Source: Scenedesmus sp. PABB004
Taxonomy: Eukaryota
DNA length: 64,000 nt
Reading direction: 5' to 3'
Assembly (NCBI GenBank): GCA_014905635.1
Contig: JABVCE010000011.1
Span: 372,001 to 436,000, forward strand
Below the pieces are notes generated by a model. The model had not been told where the DNA came from, ran no database searches, and worked only from the letters and a program-made list of their open reading frames with translations. Every line of letters starts with the position of its first letter. Position 1 is the stretch's first letter. Below are positions 1 through 13,272 of the stretch, one piece after another. Position numbers and translations under genes: made by a program.

Positions 1-1545
1 GGCTCTGCGCCCGCGTCTGGCAGGGGGTCGCACGGCGCCGCAGCCGCCCAGTCAAACACCTGGGTCGGTGGCAGCACAGATCCGGGCAAATCCGGCACTG
101 GAGCCCCTTGGACCGGCCGCGGCGCTGGCTGCGGCGACGGCCCAGCGCCGGCGCCCTGCAGGCTGGGAGCCGCCTGCTGCGACTGCTGCTGCTGCTGCTG
201 CTGCTGTCGCGACTGCTGCTGCTGTGGCTGTCGCGACTGCTGCTGCGACTGCTGCTGCGACTCCTGTTGAAGGGGCGCTCGCCGCTCCGGATGCAGCGGC
301 AGCAGCATGGGCGGCGGTGCCTCCTGCGCCGCTTGCAGCTGCTGCCCCTGCTCCTGCTCCTGCGCCTCGAGCTGCTGCCGCAGCACGTCCAGCGGAACGA
401 GCTGGTCGGACGCGGGCTGGTCGGTGCGTCGGCTGGGTTCCGTGCCTGCCGACGCTGCCCTTGCCGCCGGTGCCGCCGCCGCCGCGTCTGCCGGCGGCGG
501 CGCGCTGGTGGCCTGCTGCAGCACCGCAGCGACGCCCTGCTGGACGCGGGCGTCTGCCCACCACTGGCTGCCGCCGCCGCCGTCCGTGGCGTCCGAGTGC
601 ACGGTGCCGCCGTCGCTGATGCTGGTTGCCTGGCTGACAGCCCAGCCGGCCGCACCCTCGGCGGCCGCGCGCAGCGCCGCGGCCGCCGCCTGCTGCTGGG
701 CCGCCAGGAGACTCGGGCCCTGCAGCAGCGCCAGCAGCGCAGCGGGGCCCGCCGCCGCCGCCCCCAGCGCCGCCTGCGGCGGCGGCGGGACGGGCGGCGA
801 CGCGGACGCGGACGCCGCGACCGCCGCCGCCACTGCCGCCTCCTGCTGCCCCGACAGGGCCTCATCCGTCTGCACCTGCTGCGGCTGCTGCTGTGGCTGC
901 TGCTGCGGCTGCTGCTCCTCCGCCGGCGTCGGCGCCGCCAGCGCGCCGGCGCCGAACGCGAGCCGCACGACGGCGGCGCCGACGCGCAGCGACTCGCTGG
1001 GCCCGCGCAGCACGTGCACGACGCCCGGGCGCAGCGGCGGCGCGCGGGGGCCCACCCCGAGCCGAGTCTTGTTCATGCTGTCCAAGTCAGTCAGGCGAGC
1101 GAGCGAGGCGTCGGGCTCGAGCTCTGCGCGCGGCCGCGGCGCGGCCGCGGGCTTGGGGCGCGCGCGGCGCGCCCAGGCGCGCGGCCGAGGGCGGGCGCGG
1201 GCGCGGCCGGCCGCATGCAGAGGCAGCGCCGCCGCGCCGCGCACCGATGAGCAGGTGGGTCGCAGAGACGGTCGGGTCGTCCAGCAGCACGGCGTTGACG
1301 CTCTCCCGGCCGAGGGCGAGGCGCCACTCCGCCTCCCGCTCCGCCAGGGGCCGCGTGCCCGGCCCCGACGCGCGGCCGACCACATTGGCTCCCGCCAGCA
1401 GCCCGCGCGCGCCGCCCGCGCTGTAGAGCCAGCCGAGCGGCACGCGCGGCGCCGCCGGCGGCGGCTCCGGGACGTCGTCGTCGTCGTCGTCGTCGTCGCA
1501 TGGCTGAGTGCCCAGCTCCGGCTCGAACGCCTGCGTGGCCGCCAT
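1..1545 (-). CDS. FHA-domain protein, multi-exon, truncated at the left window edge
   Basis: ATG at 1545 (MAATQAFEPELGTQP). FHA signature residues: NVVGR...LLDDPTVSATHLLI, then LTDLDSMNKTRLG in a following exon (~1070-1100). Low-complexity Ala/Gln-rich sequence continues to the window edge. Confidence 0.75.
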
Positions 1546-1925
1546 GGCCGCGCGCCTCGGCGCCGCTGCTCTCGAGCCGCCGTGCTGGCAGCGCGCAGCA
1601 GCTCCGCCGCCAGTCGGGAGCGCGAGGCGTCAAGCGAGCGCCATGAGCGCGATGGCCGGGGCGCTGCACGCTGCCGGCGGGCGCGGCGGGCGGCGGCGCT
1701 GCTGCTGCTCTCTTTGCGCGCGTGTGCGCCGGGCGCCCAGGCGCTGGCCCGCCTCCTCGCCGCACCGCACAGTGGGAGATGCCCGCGAGGCGCGGCGCTG
1801 TGTTGCTTTTGGCGCCGGGCGCGGTTCAGCGTTACGAATGGGTCAAATCCCGCCGCGCCCCGCGCAAGCGGGCGACACCGGCAGCGCTCGCTCGCTGATG
1901 TTGTACACTGCACACACAGCACACA

Positions 1926-4841
1926 CTACTCCGACCCGGGGAACACGAGCGCACGCAGCTCGTCCGCCAGGCTCCGCACCTGCTGCGCGGCGTCGCCGAG
2001 CAGCAGCGGCGGCGGCGGCCCCGCGGCGCTCGCGGCGCTCGCGGCAGCGGCTGGGGCGCAGCGCGCGAGCGGCGGCGCGGCCGCGGCGTCCTGCAGCAGC
2101 CGCACAAACGCGCCGACCGCGGCGTCGCGCTCGCCGGGCGCGCCCGCGGACGGCCGCGCCGCGCCGCCGAGCGCGGCGTGGGGCGGTGGCGCGGGCGCCG
2201 CCGCGCCGCCCGGCTCCGCGTCGAGCGCAAACGGCAGCGTGTCGCTCTTCTGCTCGTCGAGCAGCGCCAAGCCGAGCGGCGGCTCGCCGTCGGCGCCCGC
2301 GCCGACCGTCTCGCCGCCGCGCGCGGGGCCGCCTGCGCCGCCGCCGCCCGCGGGGTCGCTGCTGCCGCTGCTGGGGCCAAACCCGCCCGGCTGCACCACC
2401 GCCGGCGTCATGCAGGGCGCGCCCGCTGCCGGCGCAAACCCGCCGCCGCCGCCGCCGGCGCCGCCGCCGGCGCCGCTGCTGCCGGCGCCGGCGCTCGCGC
2501 CCTGGCTGCCGCTGCCGCCGAGCAGGCCGGGGCAGTCCAGCAGCCCGCCCATGAGCGGCGACACGCCGAGGTGGTGCGGCAGCGACGCGCTCGCGGCGAC
2601 GTCAAAGCTGCTACTGCGGCTGCTCCAGCTCGGGCGCCGGATGGTGGCGAGGCCCGAGATGTCGCGGATGCACGACACGTGCGGCGGCGGCGACGGCGTG
2701 CCCACGCCCCCGCTCGCGCCGCGCTGCAAGCCGCCACCGGCGTGCGCGCCCGTGCCGGCCGGCGCGGGCAGGCCGCGCGGGCCGCGCGGCGCCGCGGCGG
2801 GGCTGCCGCCGCCGCCGCCGGGCGCCGCCGCGGCGCGGCCCGCGGCGCAGGGGCCCAGCGCGCCGCGGGCGGGGTCCGCGAGGGCGATCAGCGACATTCC
2901 CAGCGAGGCGGCGGAGGGCGTGAACGCAAAGGGCAGCGCCGGGCTGCTGCCCAGCACCACGCTGCCGGGCGCGCCGGGCGTCGCGGGGAGGCCGCCGCCA
3001 AAGCCGCGCCCGCCCGCGAGGCCGCCGCCGGGGCTGGGCGACGCGCCGCTGCTGCGGCGGGCGAGGGGCGGGGGGCAGACGATGATGGAGCGCTGCCCGC
3101 TGGCGCCGCCGCCGTCGTCGCTGCCGGGCTCGCCGCCGCCGTCCAGGTCTGCCGGCCCCGCGGGGCCCATCGTGGCCGCCGCCGCCGCGTCGTGGCCGTC
3201 GAAAATGTCTGCCTGCTCGAACCGCCCCACGCCGCAAGCCGCCGCGTCGCCGCCGCCCGCGGCCGGTGCGCCGCGCAGCGCCACGCCGGCGTCGCCGGAG
3301 CCGGCCGCCGCGGCCGCTGCCGCCCCGTCGCCGCCGCGTGCGCCGGCCGGCGGCGAGAAGGACGGCGACGTGTGTCCGCTCGCGCACAGCAGCTGGCCGA
3401 GCATGCTGCGCGGCGCGGCGGGCGCCGACGCCGGCACCTGCTGCACGCCGCCACCGAGGCCGGCGGCGCCCAGACCGGCCCGCGCCCACGGCCGCCCGGC
3501 CGCCGCGCCGGACGCCCCCGCGCCGGCCAGGGCGCCCAGCTGCGGCCCGGCCGGCCAGCCCAGGCGGCTCGCGCCCGCGCCGCCGCCCGCGCCGCCGCCG
3601 GCGGCGCCGGCGGCGCCGCGCTGCTGCGCCTCGTCCGCCCGTCCGGCCCCCGCCTCAGCAGCCATGACCGCCAGGTCAGTCACCGACCGCGCCCGGCCCT
3701 TGCCGCGCGCTGGTATCATCACCGGCGCGCTGCGCCCCTGGCTGCCGCACGCACCGGCGGCGTCCGCGCCGGGCGCGGCGCCCGCCGGCGCAGCGCCGCG
3801 CGGCTCCGCTGCCGCCGCCACGCCACCGCGCGGCTGCGGCGCGTCGCCGCCCTCGCACGCCTGGCTGGCCGCCCCGCCCCCGCCTCCGCCGGCACCGTCC
3901 GCTAGCTGGAACCCCTGCTGCCGTGCCTGCGGGCTCGCCGGCGTCGGCGCCGCCAGCCGCTGCTGCAGGTGGAACCCCAGCACGCGCGGCGCCGAGCTCG
4001 GCGAGCTCCCGCCGCTCACGCTGCTGCTCAGCCGGCTGAGCGCCTGGAGGGAGGAGCCGGCGGCGGCCGCGACGGCGGCGGCCGCCGCCGTTGCTGCAGC
4101 GGCCGCGGCCGGGCTGGCCCGCAGCAGCGAGCCGCGCCCGGACGGCGTGCCCGGGCTCGCCGGCGGCAGCCCGCCGGCGCCCGCCGGCACGAGGCTGGCG
4201 TAGCCGCTGCCGCTGCCGCCGCTGACTGCGGCGGCGGCCGCGTGCGCGGCATGCGCCGGCGAGTGCGGCAGCGGCGGCCGGCCGAGGCTGCTGGGGCCCT
4301 GGAAGAGCAGGGGCGAGTCGCTGCTGCCGGCGGCAAACGCGCTCGCCGCCGCCACGGGCGAGCCCGCCGAGCCGCAGCCCTGGCTCAGCGAGCGCCGGTG
4401 CAGCGCCAGCGCCGCCTGCTGCGCGACCGCCGCGCCCGCGCCGCTGCCGAGCGAGGCGGCGCGCGCCGGCGGGTGGAAGCCGCGCTGCACGACCGGCGGC
4501 GCCGCCACGTCGCGGCTGCTCCAGCTGTGCCGCACCAGCGGCGGCGCGTGGTGCGGCGAGTGCAGGAAGCTGAGCGAGCCTGCGCGCCGCACGGCCGCGC
4601 GCGGCGGCGGTGTGAGCGGCCAGCCAGCCGCGCGCGGCTGCGCGGCGGCCGCGGGGCCCCGCTGCGCGCACCCGGCTCGCCGCCGCCGCGCGCCGCGGCG
4701 TCGGCCCCGCCGGCGGCCGCCGCGCCGCGCGCCGCGCCGGCGCCGCCGTGCGGCGCGGAGCGCGCGCACGCGGCGTCGACATAGTCAGGGATGACGCGCG
4801 GCGCGCACGGCAGCGCCGTGGTTTGCTGCGGCGGCGGCGGA

Positions 4842-4892
<51 letters not shown>

Positions 4893-6189
4893 GGGTGGAG
4901 CGGCGCGCGGCGCGGCGCGAGGCGGGGGGCGCCGCGCGCGGGCGCGCCGGCGGGCCCGGCGCTGGGCGGACCTCCAGGAAGTGCACCGCGGTGGCAGGCT
5001 GGTATTCGACCGCGACGCCAAACGCGCCCAGCGCCGTCTCGACGGGCGCAAAGGCGAAGCGGCGCATGCGGCCGCCGCCGCACGCGCCGGCGCCGCCCGC
5101 CGGCGCAGAGGGCGCGGCGCCGAGCGAATAGTGTGTGGCAAAGAGCTCAGCCCTGGCGGCGGCCGCCGCGGCGGCGGGCGCGGTGGGCGCCGCGGTGGGC
5201 GCGGTGGGCGCCGCCGCCGCCGCCGCCGCCGCCGCCCCGGCCCGGCCCTGCCTGCGCCGCGGCGCCGCTCACCCCGCGCGCTTGCAGGCGCGGTACATGC
5301 GGTACGCCGGCAGCACGCGGACGTAGCTGTGCAGCGAGCGAATGAGCAGGATCTGCCCCGCGCGGCGGCGGCGGCGGCGCTCATGGGCGGGGCGCGCCAG
5401 CAGCATGGCCGCCGCCGCCGCCGCCGCTGCCGTGGCAATCGCACCAGCCGCTTGTAGACAGCCGCGCTGTCCGCCGGGGCGCGGCCGCCGCTGCTCGCCG
5501 CGCTCCCGGGCGCGCTCGGCGCAAAGCTGATCGTCCACCGCTCCAGCAGCGTGCTGCCTGCGCGGCCGCGGTCGCGGTGAGCGGGCGGCCGCGCCCGACG
5601 GGCGACGGGCGACGGTCGGGCGCGCCGCAGGGGCAGCGCGGCCGCCGCCGCCGCCGTCGCCGCACCCGCCGCCGCCGTCGCCGCACCCGCCGCACCCGGG
5701 CCGCCGCCGCTGCACGGCATGACGGCGCTGGGCTCCCATGGCTGGATGTGGATCTGCGCGGCGCGCCGGCGCCAGCGGCGGGCGGCTCGCCGCGGCGCAC
5801 GCCGCCTGGGCCGCGGGCTGCGGCCGGCGCCGCACCTCGACGACGAGCGGCGCCGACACGTCGCGGCGCCAGGGCTCCAGGCGCGCCGCCAGGCCCTCCA
5901 GCTCCTCCACCTCCAGCAGGAACTGCCGGCCGGCGCGGGGCGCGGGGGTGGGCGCCGCGCGGCGCGCCTGGGCGCAACCGCCGCGCAGCGGCGAAAACGG
6001 CAGCGCGCCGCCGCCGCTCGCGGCCGGCGCTGCGGCGCGCCCTGCTGCACCCACCCAGCGCGCGGCACGCTTGTCCGGGGGCGGCCTCGCGGCGCTGGGC
6101 GCCCACACGCGCGCGGCGAGCACCACGCTGGCGCACTTGGCTCGAGCCTCGGCGATAAAAGCCTCCAGGCGCGGCGGGGGCGCCGCCAT
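1926..6189 (-). CDS. ATG13: Autophagy-related protein 13 (N-terminal HORMA domain, long disordered C-terminus)
   Basis: The exons give KCASVVLAARV, FLLEVEE, LLERWTISF, AVYKRL, ILLIRSLHSYVRVLPAYRMYRAC and MRRFAFAPVETALGAFGVAVEY. The C-terminal LPFALD and DAAVGAFVRLLQDAAAAPPL motifs match plant ATG13. Stop at 1926. Confidence 0.9.
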
Positions 6190-6462
6190 GGCGACGCTGG
6201 CGCGACCGCAGGGGCGCGGGATGCCCCTGCGGCGGGAGGGAGCAGGGCAGTATGTGCGGGAGGGAGCGCAGGGGAGGAGGCAGCATGTCATTCGGGGGTC
6301 GGCCGCTGCGCTGCCAGCGCGTGCCGGCGCCCGCACCGGGGTCCCGACACTGTCCAGTGCAATCCGCTACCTCCTGCAGGCCACGCCGCGATCGCACGAG
6401 CTCAGCAGCGCACGCATCGTCACCTCCCACGCAAGCCCGCGGCCCCGCGCCGAGCGCCGAGC

Positions 6463-6859
6463 ATGGAGCGCCGCGACGCCCCGACGGAGCCCCAGGGGAC
6501 CCAGGCGGTGCGGAGCGTGCCGGGCTCGCTTGCAGGCGGGCTGGCGGCGCCCGCCGCGCACGCACGCCACGCGCTGCCCCGCGCCGCCGCACCCGCAGGG
6601 CGACACCGCCGGCGAGGGCGTCCCCGCCGGCCACCACATGGCCGCCCCGGAGGTGCGGCCCAGCAGCGGCGCGGGCGCGTGCGCGGGCGCCGGCGCGGGC
6701 GCGGGCGCGTGCACTGCGCGACGCGCGCCGCCGCTCGGCGCCGCCGCGCAGGTGGAGGAGTGGGCGCCGCACCCCTACGAGGGCGAGGGGCTCCACCGCC
6801 GCGAGAGCCTGAAGGCCGACCAGCCGGAGCCCGCGCACGAGGCCAGCGGCGGCGCCTGA
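6463..6859 (+). CDS. Small hydrophilic hypothetical protein (~68 aa, 3 exons), divergent from ATG13
   Basis: Splicing two in-frame GT-AG introns gives MERRDAPTEPQGTQA|GDTAGEGVPAGHHMAAPE|VEEWAPHPYEGEGLHRRESLKADQPEPAHEASGGA*. Codon usage matches that of the neighbouring genes. Confidence 0.55.
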
Positions 6860-7339
6860 GTCGGGCGGCCAGACGCGCGCGCTCCGGGGAGGGGGTTGAT
6901 GCTCATGCGTCGAGCAGCAGCAGTCAGTCGGTTGGTCGGTCGGTTTCAGCCTGGCAGGCTCACGCGAGCCCCGCACCCCGTGTTGGCAGGCACACACAGA
7001 CACAGACGCGCCCCGCGTTGAGTGAGTGATCAGTTGTGGCACCACCGCGCGTAATATCAACACCACCACCGACCACCGCGGCTCACCGCCGCCGACCGCC
7101 CAAAGCTTGCGCAGCAGGGCAGAGCACGGCCGAATTGTCGCGCCGCCCCGCAAGGCCAGGTGCTGCAGCGCACGCCTGCTCGCCCGCGGCACACACAAGA
7201 GAGAGTCAGTGCTGCGCAAAGACCTCCCCGCGTCCCCACGCACATCCCCCACCTGCCGCCCCACCCCACCCACCCTGCTGGTCTCCCCCTCCCCCCTCCC
7301 TCCCAGCCCCGCATTTGTTCACGCCCGCGCACGCGCGAT

Positions 7340-9375
7340 GGTGGGCGGGCGTGGTCACGCGATGCACACGGCGTGAGCGCGGTCGAGGCGCTCAGATGCA
7401 GCATGCAGAGCAGCAGCAGTCAGTCAGGAAAAGGGGTCTCCTGCGGGCGGACGCCTGAGCAGTGCGCGTGCAGAGCGATGCGGATTGCAGCTCACGGCGT
7501 GAGCGCGGCTGAGGCGCCCGAACGCAGCATGCAGAGTCAGAAAAGGAATCCCCAGCGGACGGATGCCTGAGCAGTGCTGGGCGATGCGAATCGCAGCGAG
7601 GCTCCCGGCCCGCCGGCACGGCGTGAGCCGCGCCGGCTTCGCGCGTTCAGGCGCTCAGGGCTCCGGGACAGCGGCAGCAGCCGGCTGCTGGCCAGCGCCG
7701 CACAGTGCTCGAGCAGGACACACAGGCAGCCCCGCTGCAGCAGCAGGTCCGAGCAGCGGCCGGCGGGCAGAAACAAAAGAATGGCGCCGCGCTCAGGCTG
7801 GCCCAGAGCGATCAAGAGAGGTCTTCAACCTGCTGCCGATTGATCGGCCGAGCAGTAGGATGCATCGCGCCGCGAAGTGCGGGAGCCCCGGTCAAGGGGA
7901 TCATGAGAGCAGCAGTGCTGCAGTTTGCTAGCGGCACACAGCTCGGATCCCGGCTCCGGCGGACTCTGATCAACCGGCGGTCTCCAGCGAACAAATGCTG
8001 CACCACGACCGGTGGTGGGCGGGCGTGGTCACGTGACGCGCACAGCGTGAGCGCGACCGAGGTGCTCAGGCGCGGCGTGCAGAGCAGCAGTCAGTCAGGA
8101 AAAGGGGTCTCCTGCGGGCGGACGCCTGAGCAGTGCGCGTGCAGAGCGATGCGGATTGCAGCTCACGGCGTGAGCGCGGCTGAGGCGCCCGAACGCAGCA
8201 TGCAGAGTCAGAAAAGGAATCCCCAGCGGACGGATGCCTGAGCAGTGCTGGGCGATGCGAATCGCAGCGAGGCTCCCGGCCCGCCGGCACGGCGTGAGCC
8301 GCGCCGGCTTCGCGCGTTCAGGCGCTCAGGGCTCCGGGACAGCGGCAGCAGCCGGCTGCTGGCCAGCGCCGCACAGTGCTCGAGCAGGACACACAGGCAG
8401 CCCCGCTGCAGCAGCAGGTCCGAGCAGCGGCCGGCGGGCAGAAACAAAAGAATGGCGCCGCGCTCAGGCTGGCCCAGAGCGATCAAGAGAGGTCTTCAAC
8501 CTGCTGCCGATTGATCGGCCGAGCAGTAGGATGCATCGCGCCGCGAAGTGCGGGAGCCCCGGTCAAGGGGATCATGAGAGCAGCAGTGCTGCAGTTTGCT
8601 AGCGGCACACAGCTCGGATCCCGGCTCCGGCGGACTCTGATCAACCGGCGGTCTCCAGCGAACAAATGCTGCACCACGACCGGTGGTGGGCGGGCGTGGT
8701 CACGTGACGCGCACAGCGTGAGCGCGACCGAGGTGCTCAGGCGCGGCGTGCAGAGCAGCAGTCAGTCAGGAAAAGGGGTCTCCTGCGGGCGGACGCCTGA
8801 GCAGTGCGCGTGCAGAGCGATGCGGATTGCAGCTCACGGCGTGAGCGCGGCTGAGGCGCCCGAACGCAGCATGCAGAGTCAGAAAAGGAATCCCCAGCGG
8901 GCGGATGCCTGAGCAGTGCTGGGCGATGCGAATCGCAGCGAGGCTCCCGGCCCGCCGGCACGGCGTGAGCCGCGCCGGCTTCGCGCGTTCAGGCGCTCAG
9001 GGCTCCGGGACAGCGGCAGCAGCCAGCCGTTGGCCAGGGGCCGCGCAATGCTCGAGCAGGACACAGAGGCAGCGGGCTGCGGCGACACACCGCCAGGGGT
9101 GCAGCAGGTCTGAGCAGGCTCGATCAATCCAGCTGCCGACGGGCAAGCCAAAAACAATGGCGCCGCGCTCAGGCGGCACCGGCTGGCCCAGCCGAGCACA
9201 GAGCGACCGAGACAGAGCGATCAAGAGGTCTTCAACCTGCCGCCGAGCAGACCGGCGACCGATTGATCGGCCGAGCTAGCAGTGGGATGCATCGCGCCGC
9301 GCGGGCGTACGCTCGCGCAGCAGGCCCTGGCAGGGCCGGGCAGCCAAACAAGTGCGGGGGCGCCGGTCAGGGATG
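7340..9375. repeat. Tandem repeat with a 671-bp unit, about 3 copies, the last copy diverged
   Basis: Matching ORF boundaries recur at 7537/8208/8879 and 7563/8234/8905 (period 671). Units start with GGTGGGCGGGCGTGGTCAC at 7340, 8014 and 8685. Similarity decays after ~9020. Confidence 0.95.
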
Positions 9376-9634
9376 TCCGTGCGTGAATCAAAGGAATGCT
9401 CAGTCGACAGAGCCTAGGGCGCCGCCAGCACAGCACACGCAGCGCGCATTCAAGTGCGGTCAAGCACGGGCGCGGCGCGCCGCCTGCACGCAGCACTGCC
9501 GCGCCGGCGCGGGGCCACGCAGATCTAGGGGGACTGCACAAAAGCAACTGCTGGTCAGTGTGTCTGTGACAAAGCAAACAGGCCGTGCGTGGGCCAAACA
9601 AAACATCGTGCCGGGCCCGCGAACACGCTCGGGC

Positions 9635-11989
9635 TCAGGCGCCAGGGCCCCACACCAGCCAGCCGTAGTACCGCCCGGCGGCGCCGGCCGCGGCGGCGCG
9701 CACGTACGGCTGCGCGCCGGCGGCCCTGGCGCTGCGGCGGCGCTGCGCCGCTGCGCGCATTGGCTCGAGGTTTTTGTAGCCGATTGGGCTCGCGCAGCCG
9801 CCGCCCATGAGGCAGTTGGCCGCAGCGCCCGCCACGTGCGGCGCGGCCTGCGGCGGCGGCGGGCGGGGCGGCGCGCGTGAGCGCCGGCGGCCCACGGGGG
9901 CGGCGGCGGCGGCTGCCCCGCGCCGCGCCGGGGCACGGGGCTCCGGCTCCGCCCGGGCAGGACCGCCGCGCCGCGCCGCGCCGCGCCGCGCCGCACCATG
10001 CTGGTGCCGCTCTTGACCGCGTAGCCGCTCGGGTCGACCACGAACGAGACGGTCGAGTTGATGTCCGAACCGGGCGCGGCCACGACGCGGCGGCGCTCCT
10101 CCGGCGCCGCGTCGGCGGGCAGCCAGTTGCTGAAGCCGGCGGGGCCGTCCCCCGCGCCGTCGAGCGCGGTGACCGCCGCGACGCCGGGGCAGGCGGCCGG
10201 CAAGTAGTCGGCCAGCGCCTCGCCTGCGTTGCCGGCCGCGACGACGCTCAGCACGCCCGCCGCGCTCGCCTCGGCAAAGACGGGGCAGATGCTCGCGAGC
10301 GTGAGGGCGTAGCCGGGCGAGCTCGCGGGCAGGTGCGCGGCGAGGCTGAGGTTGATCACGCGCAGCCCGTTGGCGCGGCCGTTGACCGCGGCCCACTTGA
10401 CCGCCGAGAGCATGCCGCTGAGGAGGCCAAAGCCGGAGTCGTCCATGATGCGCAGACTGAAGAGCGGCACGCCGGGCGACACGCCGACGAGCCCCGCGCC
10501 GTTGTTGCGCGCGCCGACGATGCCCGCGAGGTGCGTACCGTGCCCTGTGGGGTTCAGACCCGCGGCGGCGGACGCGGCGGTCAGCGCGGGGCGGGGCGCG
10601 GCCGCGGGCGCCGGCGGCGCGCGCGGGCCGCGCGGTGGGGCGCTCACCGAAGCCGTCGCGCCCGGCGTCGGTGTCGTTTTTCACAAAGCTGACGCCGCCT
10701 GGGGGGGGGGGGGCAGGGCCGGCCGGCCCGGCGGGCGGCGTCAGGCGGCGTGCGTGCGAGCGGCGAGGGCGGGGCGGCGCCGCGGCGGGGCAGCAGCGGC
10801 GGCGGCGCCCACCCGCGTAGTTGAGGTCGGGGTGGCTCGCGTCGATGCCTGGCGGCGGCGGCGGCGCGGCAAGGGCGTCGGCGGCGGCGCAGCAAGCAAG
10901 GGCGGTGGCGGCGGCGCACCAGGGGAGCTCCCCCCCCCCCACAGACACACACACACACCGCACCGGAGTCTATGATGCCGACCACCACCTGCCTGCCGGG
11001 CGGCACGCCGGCGGAGCTCACCACGCCGGCCGCGGTGGCCGCCTCGATGCGCGCCACGCCGGTCGGGACCTGCTCGCCGGCCGCGAGCGGCACGCGCGGC
11101 AGCCCGCCGGCGCTCGGCTCCGCGCCCGCGGCGACCGCGCGCGGCGCGGCCGCGTCGCCGGCGGGTCTGGCGTCCTGCCAGCCGGCCGGCAGGAGCGGCA
11201 GGTCGGGGATGACTGCGGCCACGAGCGGCGAGCGGCGCAGGCGCTGCACCGCGTCGGGGGTCGCCGACACGACCGCGCCCTGCACGCCGCCGCCGGCGGC
11301 GCCCCCGGGGGACGCCGCCGCCGCCACGCCGCGCGGGGCCGTCGGCTCGCCCGCGGGCTGCCCCAGGCTGCCCAGCAGCTCCACGTCGGCCTGGCCGCCG
11401 GCGGCGGCCGCGCCGCGGGCCCCGCCGCCCAGGAGCGCCTCCGCGGCGGCGGCGTCGGCGCCCGGCGCGAACATGACGATGTAGCGGCCGCCCGCCGCGG
11501 CGGCGAGCTCTGCGGGGCACAGGCGGCGACGGACAGCAGGCGTCACCGAAGCGCGGCGTGAGCGCCCGGCGACGGCGCCGCGGCGGCGCGGCAAGCACGC
11601 GTGCCGGCCCCCCTGCGCGCGGCGGAGATCCCGAGGCCGGGCGCTCACCGTCTGGCACGGCCTGCAGGCCTCGCGGCTGCACGACATCGGCGCCTGCGGT
11701 GCGCACGCAGCGGCAGCCTCAGCGCGGCTGCGCACTCCGCTCCGCTCATGTGTACCAGCACCACCGCCAGCTCGCCGGGCGTGCCCCCCGGGGCACGGCG
11801 GGCGGCGGTGCCGCGCGGGCGGGCGATGAGGCCGGGCTCACGGCGGCGTGGGGCACGCGCGGCCTCACCTGCCAGTTCCGGCGCAACGAGGGGCCTCCCA
11901 CTAGTCCCGGACACGGCGAGCAGCAGCAGCAGGCCGGCCCGAGTGGCGGCCAGCGCCGCACTCCGCGCGCCCCGGCATGCTGCGGTCAT
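9635..11989 (-). CDS. Secreted subtilisin-like serine protease (peptidase S8) with I9-like prodomain
   Basis: Signal peptide (GLLLLLAVSGTSG) and prodomain RYIVMF. Catalytic motifs VVVGIIDSG/IDASHPDL, HGTHLAG, oxyanion AAGN and SGTSM|AAPHVAG. Multi-exon. Confidence 0.92.
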
Positions 11990-13272
11990 TTTGGAGGCGT
12001 CTAAGGGAGCGTCTAAGGGAGAGGAGGAGTCAACAACACGCCCAGCCGGCGCGCGGAGGGAGATGCGGTGCCGGGAGTGCGCTGCTGCTCGGGAAGTTCC
12101 ACGAACTTCAAGCTCATCGTTAGCCTGAAATGAGTCATGCGCCGCGCGGCCGCGCCGCCCCGTGACGCCGCGTCCCGTGCCCCGCTCCCGCACAAAGCAG
12201 GCGCTGCGCCGGCGCGGTGCGCGCTGAGCGGTGCCCGGCGCAGTCGGCCGTCGCGGCGCGCGTGTGCGGTCCCACTCCCTGCGGCGGCGGGCTGGCGCGG
12301 CCGCCCCGACGCGCTGGTGCGCTGGTGATGCCGCCCGCGCGAGCGCCGCCTCTGACTCGAGCTCCCGTCGACGTCGTCAGGCTGACGACTGCACGGCCGT
12401 CGGTGCCTCTCGCAGCTGCCCGCACCCAGGCACACCCGTGCCCAGCACATGCACCCACGTCGCTTGAAACGCGCTCGGCGTGGCGCTCCGGGCCACGTGT
12501 GGGCCGGCGCGCGCTCACGCTGCCGCGCGCGCTGCAGCGCGCGTGCAGCTGCACGCGCGCTGCCCGGGTCCGCCGCCGCCGCGCGGCCAGCCCCTGAGCT
12601 TGCGCCCTGGCGCAGGGCGACGGCGGGAGGCGAGTACTGGTCACGGCGGCGCTCCGGCTGGCCGTGGGCGCTCGCCACCGGCGACCTGCGCGCCTGCGCG
12701 GCGGCGGCGGCGCGCGCGCCAGGCAGCGCGGCTCCAGAGCAAAATCGCTGTCGGGCTGGCCACACCTACGCGGTGGGCTGGCCGCGCTGGGCGCTCGGAG
12801 GACCGGGGTTCGAGCGGCCAGCATCGCTGGAGCATGGGCCTGAGTCAGGCCGCCCACCGCGTCGGCGCCGGGGAGCCTTCGCAGACCACGCGAATGGTGG
12901 AGTTGCTTCTTTTCCCGGCCGCCAGCAGGGCAGCCAGTTTATACAGGCCTCTATAAACGGTTCGTCGCGAGCCTCACTGCGAAGGGCAGGTCAGGTTGGC
13001 AGTCCACCGCTCCGCCAGGCCCCCCGCCGCGTCCGCGCCGCGCCAGTTGGATTCCTGACCCCGACGTGCAGCCTTGGGAGGCACAAGAGAAGCCCCAGCG
13101 CCACACGCGCGCCTAGCCACGTAGCAGCTGCCACGCGACCAGGCCCGCTCGCCAGCCAGCCGCGCACGCGACGCGCCTGGGAAAGTTTGTTGGACAACAG
13201 GCGCATCATCACCGGCGAACCGCCGGTTCAGAAGGAGCAGGAGCTGCCGCAGGAGGCCTGCGAGCAGGCCTG

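Noticed and set aside
307..4203. 1298-aa plus-strand ORF, and similar giant ORFs such as 23391-26354 (+), 29521-33054 (-) and 34697-37564 (+)
   Set aside because: These are antisense or off-frame shadows of real genes. Stop codons are rare at this GC content and the translations have no recognisable motifs.
7340..9375. Tandem repeat as a CRISPR array or as repeated protein-coding genes
   Set aside because: The units are 671 bp with no unique spacers, there are no cas genes, the context is eukaryotic, and the ORFs inside lack coding-like composition.
11997..12022. Direct repeat GCGTCTAAGGGA x2 upstream of the subtilisin ATG; similar short duplications at ~23032-23062 and ~37405-37448
   Set aside because: Two-copy micro-duplications consistent with replication slippage, with no evidence of function.
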